Shown here: piece after piece, positions 1 to 4,914 of the stretch
Layout of the letters: every line of letters begins with the position of its first letter
Position numbering within the stretch: the first letter of the stretch is position 1
DNA from: a virus
Direction: 5' to 3' (one strand)
DNA length: 5,803 nucleotides
Virus record (IMG/VR): IMGVR_UViG_3300045988_000145
Program-made: the position numbers and the translations under genes
The notes under the pieces: generated by a model
Databases searched by the model: none
Told to the model about the DNA's origin: nothing
Seen by the model: the letters and a program-made list of their open reading frames with translations, nothing else

Positions 1-55
1 ACCAGACTGCTGAAATAAATAAGAATTCGTACGGTTATCAGAAACAATACGATTA
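1..55. repeat. Terminal direct repeat, copy 1 (identical to 5749-5803). This is the overlap of a circular assembly, not a biological repeat.
   Basis: Base-by-base comparison: accagactgctgaaataaataagaattcgtacggttatcagaaacaatacgatta occurs at both window ends (55/55 identical). The minus-strand reading frame stays open and in phase across the implied junction. Confidence 0.97.
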
Positions 56-888
56 GAAAGATAAGCAGGAGTAAGCGAAGACGGCAAAACAGCTACCGAA
101 CCATACTGAGAACTAGGAAGAACACCCATAAAGTAGTCTTTAGGGTAATTCGCATAACGAAGTTTAAGCATGTCCTTAGTAAGAATAATAGAAGTATTAC
201 CTGGCCAATAATCGACATTATAAGCATAAGCCAAATGTTTTTCCCACTGAGAATAACTGAAAAAATCATAATAAATCTTCTGGTAAGCCAATATAGGAAG
301 AATATTAACACGCTGAGACACACTATAAACCAAAGGATTATCCGTAGGACTAGTTATTGAATGACCAAAGTAAGAAGTAGTTACATGTCCAAGGCTAACA
401 GCTTCTTTCGACATGAAAGAACCATAACCAAGCATATCAAGAAGCTTAACACCACCGTAAGCCAACGGAAGAGAAACATCGTCAAAATAGTCCTTATTAT
501 AAATAAGATCAAAATAAGAACTGATGTCAGACAGATTAGAATAAGGAACATCCTTCAAAATATCAGTATTACGAGAATCCGAAGTAGCTGAAGTCACATA
601 ATCCGTCATTTGAGTAAATGCCTGTGGAAGAGCACGGGAAATCAAACGTAACGGTACAGCGTAAAAATCATAATACTCCTTGATACGAGTATAAGCAGCC
701 GTATTGACAGGAACAGTACGGGTAAACCAATCAGAAGAGATACGATACCTAGTATAAGGAATAGCAATCTGCCAGTAACAAGGCAAAATTTCACCAACCT
801 TAGCAGTGAACAATTTTTTCGAACTCAAATCGAAAGAAGAGCGATGCATATTAATTTTCGCTCGATCCAGGGGACTAAAATCACTCAT
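1..888 (-). CDS. VP1: Major capsid protein VP1 (phiX174 F-like), N-terminal 296 codons. The ORF runs off the left window edge and continues at 5748 on the circle.
   Basis: ATG at 888-886, then 296 codons with no stop down to base 1. Hand translation begins MSDFSPLDRAKINMHRSSFDLSSKKLFTAKVGEILPCYWQIAIPYTRYRISSDWFTRTVPVNTAAYTRIKEYYDFYAVPLRLI. The H-x-S-F-D-L-S ... G-E-L/I-P ... F-x-R-T-x-P ... Y-Y-D-F-Y-A-V-P-x-R pattern is the typical N-terminus of Microviridae capsid proteins. Codons are strongly T-ending. The ORF track missed it because no stop codon lies inside the window. Confidence 0.9.
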   Translation of the reverse strand, partial: MSDFSPLDRAKINMHRSSFDLSSKKLFTAKVGEILPCYWQIAIPYTRYRISSDWFTRTVPVNTAAYTRIKEYYDFYAVPLRLISRALPQAFTQMTDYVTSATSDSRNTDILKDVPYSNLSDISSYFDLIYNKDYFDDVSLPLAYGGVKLLDMLGYGSFMSKEAVSLGHVTTSYFGHSITSPTDNPLVYSVSQRVNILPILAYQKIYYDFFSYSQWEKHLAYAYNVDYWPGNTSIILTKDMLKLRYANYPKDYFMGVLPSSQYGSVAVLPSSLTPAYLSNRIVSDNRTNSYLFQQSG

Positions 889-906
889 AATTAACAATAT
901 TAATAA

Positions 907-2586
907 TTAAACCATAAGGTTAAAAATACCATTAGCATCATTCAGTTTCTTGTGCTTAATCATATTACGACAGTATGTCGCACTACGGTATTTAAGTTGC
1001 TCAAGAAGTTGAACCGTTTCACGTGAAACATTTGACAGGACATCACGCTCCTGCCCGTTCTGAGGCAACGCAAACATACAATCCGATATGTCTGGGTAAG
1101 CGGAGCGTAAGTCGAATACATTTCGTAAACTTTCATAATTCTTTTTCTTCTCATACTCTATTCCAGTTTTAACGATAAAACAAATGCGATTGGAGTAAAC
1201 ACTAAGATCAGAACCAAAGGAAGGCAAACGCCAATTACGGAAGAACTTACAGACATACAGGAACAGCCGATACAACCTATTAACAAAAGATTCAGCATCA
1301 AAATCAACAGAACAGTTAGCAAACCGAGTAAGACACCGAGCACTATGCAATACAATTTTGTCTTCATCAGACAGAGTCGAACTAGATCGAAGATACTGAT
1401 AATAAAAACGAACAAGACTCAAGACTGAACCTTGTTCATAGTTGATGAGTCCGAGCCTCGCAATTCTTGCTGGCGTCGAATGTACAGCTCGAAGAATTCT
1501 AATAATCGCAGTACTATCGTCATTGCAAGCAGACGAGAATCGGGGGAGTAAGGTACGGATATACGACATGGGCGGAGTCGACCGAACACTGACACCATTG
1601 AAGTTGTAGCATCTTCCGTTAACGACAGAATCGATTTTTTTCTCAATCTGCGCATAAGGGTCTTCGTCTTCCACGAAATCGCAGCCCTTTTCAAAAAATC
1701 CGACAGATGCTCGCGACCTGGGTCTAAATGCGCGGCATGAACGATATAAAAGGGGAGCAGCACTAAGGCTGTTAATGTAACTCGATACGTACGAAGCAGC
1801 TCCGCCAGCGGAACGTTGGAAATCTGAACGACCGAATTTCCAACTCTTATAGTGACATTCTCGTAATACCTTTGCGACTTCGTCCGAGTTTGTGAATAAT
1901 AACAAATGGAAATGCGGACGGAAATGGACTGGGCCATATTCACCCACAGCGTAGAAATGTAACGATTCATAGGAGCCTAATATTTTAAATAAATATTTAC
2001 GCAAACGTTTTATATAGTTCTGAACATCAACGTAGTTCAGGAAGGGAATAAGGTTATCACGACCGTATTGTTCAGCAACGGAATAGTCCGTCTTATCAAG
2101 GGCCTGTGATTTATGGATAAAACTACGAACAGCATCCATAGAAAGGAACCAATTATCCTTAACAGGAACATATTCTTTAATTTCACGGTCATACGGCACA
2201 GTACCCTGTACTTGTTCGAAAAATATATGACGCAACATGGAGTTATCATTACATTGATACTCGGAAACAGGGATATAGCTATGGTATTCATCTCCAAAAT
2301 GGATATCTCCTGAAATGCCTAAAACATCCTCATATTCAGAATGAAGAACCTTACAATACATAAGAGGAATATGCTCATTATCATACGTTAATGTAACAAA
2401 ATAAGAATGCTTGAAAGCACTTCCAGCTGTCTTCACACGCATAGACGCTTTTTGAGCACGCTTATGGATGCAATAATCGCATTGGCCGCAATCTACAGCA
2501 ATGCGTGCACCAGTATACTTATTTGTAATAAATGAACGATATTGACAATGGTCAACTGCTTTCAGCAAATCAGGAGAAAATTTCAT
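907..2586 (-). CDS. VP4: Replication initiation protein VP4 (phiX174 protein A-like HUH rolling-circle endonuclease), 559 aa
   Basis: Complete ORF. N-terminal Cys cluster CGQCDYC (aa 33-39). RCR motif I FVTLTY (aa 63-68, nt 2400-2383). HUH motif RPHFHLLLF (aa 223-231; HFHLLLF verified in DNA at 1914-1894). Two-tyrosine catalytic motif YVSSY (aa 266-270; verified at 1791-1777), with the same Y-x-x-x-Y spacing as phiX174 protein A. It lies immediately upstream of VP1, with an 18-nt spacer. Confidence 0.9.
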   Translation of the reverse strand: MKFSPDLLKAVDHCQYRSFITNKYTGARIAVDCGQCDYCIHKRAQKASMRVKTAGSAFKHSYFVTLTYDNEHIPLMYCKVLHSEYEDVLGISGDIHFGDEYHSYIPVSEYQCNDNSMLRHIFFEQVQGTVPYDREIKEYVPVKDNWFLSMDAVRSFIHKSQALDKTDYSVAEQYGRDNLIPFLNYVDVQNYIKRLRKYLFKILGSYESLHFYAVGEYGPVHFRPHFHLLLFTNSDEVAKVLRECHYKSWKFGRSDFQRSAGGAASYVSSYINSLSAAPLLYRSCRAFRPRSRASVGFFEKGCDFVEDEDPYAQIEKKIDSVVNGRCYNFNGVSVRSTPPMSYIRTLLPRFSSACNDDSTAIIRILRAVHSTPARIARLGLINYEQGSVLSLVRFYYQYLRSSSTLSDEDKIVLHSARCLTRFANCSVDFDAESFVNRLYRLFLYVCKFFRNWRLPSFGSDLSVYSNRICFIVKTGIEYEKKKNYESLRNVFDLRSAYPDISDCMFALPQNGQERDVLSNVSRETVQLLEQLKYRSATYCRNMIKHKKLNDANGIFNLMV

Positions 2587-2714
2587 ATAACCAGGAGCCT
2601 AAGACGGCAATGAATATAAATACAATAAGAAAATCAATCAAACACCGACAGCGCTAAGGATTAAGGATATAATCTAAAGCGACAGAAACAGCGTCAATAA
2701 CGATTTTCCAAATA

Positions 2715-2918
2715 CTATCTCGCTTCACCGCTCTGAGTTTCGAGTTCAACAAAGTCATTTTCCTCTTTAATCGAATCCACGATAACAATAAGACCCAGCG
2801 AAGAAACTCGCTCAGAATAATATCCAAAACCTTCGAGAGAATTAACAACATAAGGCGGGATAACATCACGGCCAGAAGTTTTTTCTTTAACTGAAATAAT
2901 AAATTTCTGCATAATCAT
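2715..2918 (-). CDS. Small hypothetical protein, 67 aa, first ORF downstream of the predicted promoter
   Basis: Complete ORF. By hand count 34 of 67 codons end in T, matching the third-position T bias of VP1, VP2 and VP4. It sits about 45 nt downstream of the promoter-like element. I recognise no motif. It is mildly acidic and not J/VP5-like basic. Confidence 0.6.
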   Translation of the reverse strand: MIMQKFIISVKEKTSGRDVIPPYVVNSLEGFGYYSERVSSLGLIVIVDSIKEENDFVELETQSGEAR

Positions 2919-2962
2919 AATTTTTAAAAGTTAATAATAAAAGTTGAAACCTCTACACGGGG

Positions 2963-2993
2963 CAAATATACAAACTATTTTTATAATACCAAA
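2963..2993 (-). promoter_or_regulatory. Bacteroidetes-type promoter candidate: -33 TTTG (2993-2990), 19-nt spacer, -7 TATATTTG (2970-2963)
   Basis: The minus strand reads cTTTTGgtattataaaaatagtttgTATATTTGcc. This fits the published Bacteroides consensus TTTG-N19-21-TAnnTTTG exactly. An A8 run and AT-rich tract lie just upstream (3003-3010). It sits at the 5' end of the co-directional gene block. Confidence 0.55.
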
Positions 2994-3030
2994 AGAAAAC
3001 CATTTTTTTTAGATTCTACCGTGAAGTGTG

Positions 3031-3100
3031 AGTTGTGCGTTTATGGACGAGGGATAGGAGAAATCGAGATGATAACTCGAATTTTGCTTCGCACACAACT
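3031..3100. other. Imperfect long-range helix enclosing a local hairpin
   Basis: agttgtgcg (3031-3039) pairs with cgcacacaact (3090-3100). This gives either 6 contiguous bp or 4+5 bp with a 2-nt bulge. Inside it, aaatcgag (3061-3068) pairs with ctcgaattt (3076-3084): 8 bp with one bulged A and the 7-nt loop atgataa. The 7-mer gcttcgc recurs at 3086 and 3105. Confidence 0.4.
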
Positions 3101-3163
3101 AGGGGCTTCGCTTAATTAACATCCATTAAGAGAGTTGAGATCTGAACGAGCATAATGTATTCA

Positions 3164-3212
3164 TAGGTGTATAGGCACGGCAGGTCAGATAGAACCTGCC
3201 TTTGCGCACCTA
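3164..3212. other. Nested (forked) hairpin: a 6-bp outer stem and a 7-bp inner stem separated by an asymmetric internal loop
   Basis: Inner stem: ggcaggt (3179-3185) pairs with acctgcc (3194-3200), with the loop cagataga. Outer stem: taggtg (3164-3169) pairs with caccta (3207-3212). The internal loop has 9 nt on one side and 6 nt on the other. All pairs were checked individually. Confidence 0.6.
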
Positions 3213-3226
3213 CGTGCTAAAATACC

Positions 3227-3270
3227 GGAGCGGGGCGCTCCTATAAGGAAGTCGCTCCGCTCCATTTTTC
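3227..3270. terminator. GC-rich stem-loop with flanking T-runs; a candidate intrinsic terminator that looks bidirectional
   Basis: ggagcgg-g-gcg (3227-3237) pairs with cgc-t-ccgctcc (3253-3263). This is 10 Watson-Crick pairs plus one G.T pair in plus sense, which becomes an A.C mismatch in minus sense. The apical mini-stem is tcct/agga (3239-3242 with 3246-3249). In plus sense it is followed by ATTTTTC (3264-3270). In minus sense it is followed by GGTATTTTA (3226-3218). It lies about 80 nt downstream of the VP2 stop in the direction of transcription. Confidence 0.5.
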
Positions 3271-3341
3271 GATCAGGCCCTACGCGGGCGGCGGGTGTAT
3301 ATCACTCAAACGCCGTGATGGGCTTCTAGTCCTGAAGTATG

Positions 3342-4463
3342 TTATCTAGGCTTAGTACCAATCATATTACCGACACCTTGGAATATACGAGTACCATAAT
3401 CTATAGCATTACGCAATTCATAGGAATCAACGTCTTTCTGTTTTTGTTTAAAACTCCATTTATAATAGTCACGCAGAGCCTTCTCTCTAGAATACTCAAC
3501 GTTCTTCAAAACATTAACATTCTTAGAATCCCATAATGAAGACAGACCACGAGAACGATTAGACTGGATATTAGCATAAATCAGTGAATCAGCAGTTTGA
3601 CCAGCGATCCTATTATTAATACGAACACCATTCGTTTCGGCAGCAGTCTTAATAGCCTGAGCCATCTGATTCTTATACTGAGCCTCCGTAAGAGCACCTT
3701 GAGAATACAAATTTGCAAGAGTCTGACCTTTAATAAACAAATCAGCTTGTTGCTGTTCATCAAGATACTTATTAAGAATCTGCTGAGCTTCCGAATCAAG
3801 TAAAATCTGTGCTTCCTGCGCCGAAGTAAGACGACCTGCAAATTCCATATTCCTGAGCTCCTGATACTCCTTAGACTGATCCAGGAGTGCAGAACGTCTG
3901 CCAGTAGAAGCATTCCAGTAACCAGACTGACCAACACCAATATTGCGATAATCAGTATCACCAAGGATCTGATTAATACGATATGGAGTAAGGGCAGCGT
4001 TCTGTTCCGCATTCATCATTGACGCACGAGCTTGAGCCATAGAAGCAAGAGCAGTACCAACGTCAGAAAAATCTGGACGAAATGCCTGTAAACTAGGAAG
4101 AGCGGCAGCAGAAGCAGCAGCGCCACCTGAAGCAGGAGACTTAGAAACACCAGCACCAGACGTAGCAGAAATAAACGGATTCAAACCACGAGAAATCATA
4201 GCTTGAGGAGAATTATACTCATTATTTCTATTCCACATCTTCTCCTGCCAATCACGCTGAAGCTGTGCCTGTTCAGCATTAAACTCATTGTTCATTTCAG
4301 CAATCTTCTTAGAAGTATCATTCGTATTAGACTGGGAAGCAGCGCCAATAGCATTACCAGCCAGAGAAGCACCAGCAGCAATAAGACCGCCAAGAATAAG
4401 AGGAGCAATACACTTCTCGGAGTGTCCCATTAAGGGGCACTCTCCTATATCATAGAATTTCAT
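3342..4463 (-). CDS. VP2: Minor capsid / DNA pilot protein VP2 (phiX174 H-like), 373 aa
   Basis: Complete ORF. It has a Gly/Ala-rich hydrophobic N-terminal segment (APLILGGLIAAGASLAGNAIGAASQ). That is followed by Gln/Asn/Ala-rich, probably helical, sequence (NNEFNAEQAQLQRDWQEKMWNRNNEYNSPQAMISRGLNPF), which is typical of Microviridae pilot proteins. Size and position are right for VP2. Its start overlaps the upstream stop as ATGA (4463-4460). Confidence 0.8.
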   Translation of the reverse strand: MKFYDIGECPLMGHSEKCIAPLILGGLIAAGASLAGNAIGAASQSNTNDTSKKIAEMNNEFNAEQAQLQRDWQEKMWNRNNEYNSPQAMISRGLNPFISATSGAGVSKSPASGGAAASAAALPSLQAFRPDFSDVGTALASMAQARASMMNAEQNAALTPYRINQILGDTDYRNIGVGQSGYWNASTGRRSALLDQSKEYQELRNMEFAGRLTSAQEAQILLDSEAQQILNKYLDEQQQADLFIKGQTLANLYSQGALTEAQYKNQMAQAIKTAAETNGVRINNRIAGQTADSLIYANIQSNRSRGLSSLWDSKNVNVLKNVEYSREKALRDYYKWSFKQKQKDVDSYELRNAIDYGTRIFQGVGNMIGTKPR

Positions 4464-4903
4464 TGAGCAGAAGCGTCAGGGGCGGACGAAGAATCGGGCA
4501 CTGACTGCTGCTCTGCCAACATGGCTTCGGCATAAGCCGACAATTCAGACTTCTCGTTAGCCAAATGCTGCAATACAGCCTGTCTTTCAGACATTGTCTG
4601 ACAATGACGAGAGATAACACAAGAGAAACGCTCTTCATCAGTCATACCGTCCATAGCAGTAGACTGAGTAGGATGCATCTGAGCAAGAAGATCCTGAACA
4701 TTCGCATCACCAAGCAAATTGCGATACTTTTCCTGGTTCAACAGAATCTGAGTCATATCACATTGAATTAATGAACCATCAAGATCCTGGTCATACATAA
4801 CGTGATCATATACAGACGGCTGATAACAAGGATGATCAGGCACTAGCTGAGGACGAGAATCATTCTCAACATAATCGGGATTTACATAAGCAAAACTTCT
4901 CAT
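4460..4903 (-). CDS. Acidic 147-aa protein between VP1 and VP2. It may be an internal scaffolding protein (VP3-like by position and composition only).
   Basis: Complete ORF with T-ending codon bias (ATG AGA AGT TTT GCT TAT GTA AAT CCC GAT TAT GTT ...). It is rich in D/E/Q with a low-complexity acidic tail. It starts 11 nt after the VP1 stop and is coupled to VP2 by an ATGA overlap. The function is assigned by analogy only. Confidence 0.7.
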   Translation of the reverse strand: MRSFAYVNPDYVENDSRPQLVPDHPCYQPSVYDHVMYDQDLDGSLIQCDMTQILLNQEKYRNLLGDANVQDLLAQMHPTQSTAMDGMTDEERFSCVISRHCQTMSERQAVLQHLANEKSELSAYAEAMLAEQQSVPDSSSAPDASAQ

Positions 4904-4914
4904 ACTGATACAAA

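Larger units (their letters stand above)
2919..3341. other. Long non-coding region between the VP2 stop and the 67-aa ORF. It holds a GC-rich structured core (about 3020-3330) and the promoter.
   Basis: No ORF of 60 aa or more on either strand. Hand count gives 70/120 G+C in 3181-3300 versus 48/120 in 1-120. At least five stem-loops can be drawn by hand; they are listed as separate features and findings. Confidence 0.85.

Noticed and set aside
93-323. Nested minus-strand ORFs 93-323, 960-1154, 1419-1970, 2037-2297, 3581-4012 and 4450-4638
   Set aside because: Modular arithmetic on the start coordinates shows each is in the +1 frame of its host gene (VP1, VP4, VP2 or the 147-aa ORF). In that frame the T-rich wobble position of the real gene becomes codon position 2. 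This removes stop codons and yields Leu/Ile/Phe/Val-rich pseudo-proteins. The nearly continuous open +1 frame across VP4 is explained by this bias.
361-591. Plus-strand ORFs in the track (361-591, 2113-2313, 3339-3536, 3597-3803, 4203-4433, 4565-4771, 5374-5673)
   Set aside because: All are antisense to well-supported minus-strand genes. All are short (65-99 aa) and low-complexity, rich in I/L/K/R/N/S as expected when an A-rich strand is translated. None has a recognisable motif, and none fits the single-strand gene organisation of Microviridae.
897-906. ATATTAATAA in the VP4-VP1 spacer, identical to 10 nt of the phiX174 plus-strand origin core (CAACTTGATATTAATAAC)
   Set aside because: The match is on the non-virion strand; only the palindromic core TATTAATA is shared on the virion strand. 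It lies in an AT-only 18-nt spacer where such strings are expected by chance. The flanking CAACTTG nick context is absent. The real VP4 nick site cannot be identified by eye.
2654-2869. 71-aa ORF as the real gene in the 2650-2920 interval instead of the 67-aa ORF
   Set aside because: The 67-aa frame carries the T-ending codon bias of the genuine genes (34/67), while the 71-aa frame is its +1 shadow. It is kept only as a low-probability overprinted lysis candidate in the findings.
3112-3144. Palindromes TTAATTAA (3112-3119) and AGATCT (3139-3144)
   Set aside because: These are short restriction-site-like palindromes expected by chance. TTAATTAA is simply part of the weak AT hairpin cttaat/attaag (3111-3130).
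3185-3265. 26-aa minus-strand ORF (MERSDFLIGAPRSGILARRCAKAGSI) inside the non-coding block
   Set aside because: It is very short, is built from the arms of the two strongest hairpins, and lacks the T-ending codon bias (about 6 of 26 codons). No promoter or coupling context supports it.
3011-3341. tRNA, self-cleaving ribozyme or other known RNA gene in the structured region
   Set aside because: No cloverleaf with a GTTCGAATC-type T-loop could be drawn on either strand. Hammerhead-like fragments (ctgatcgaaa on the minus strand, ctgaacgag on the plus strand) do not match the CUGANGA...GAAA core. A covariance-model search would be needed for a definitive negative.
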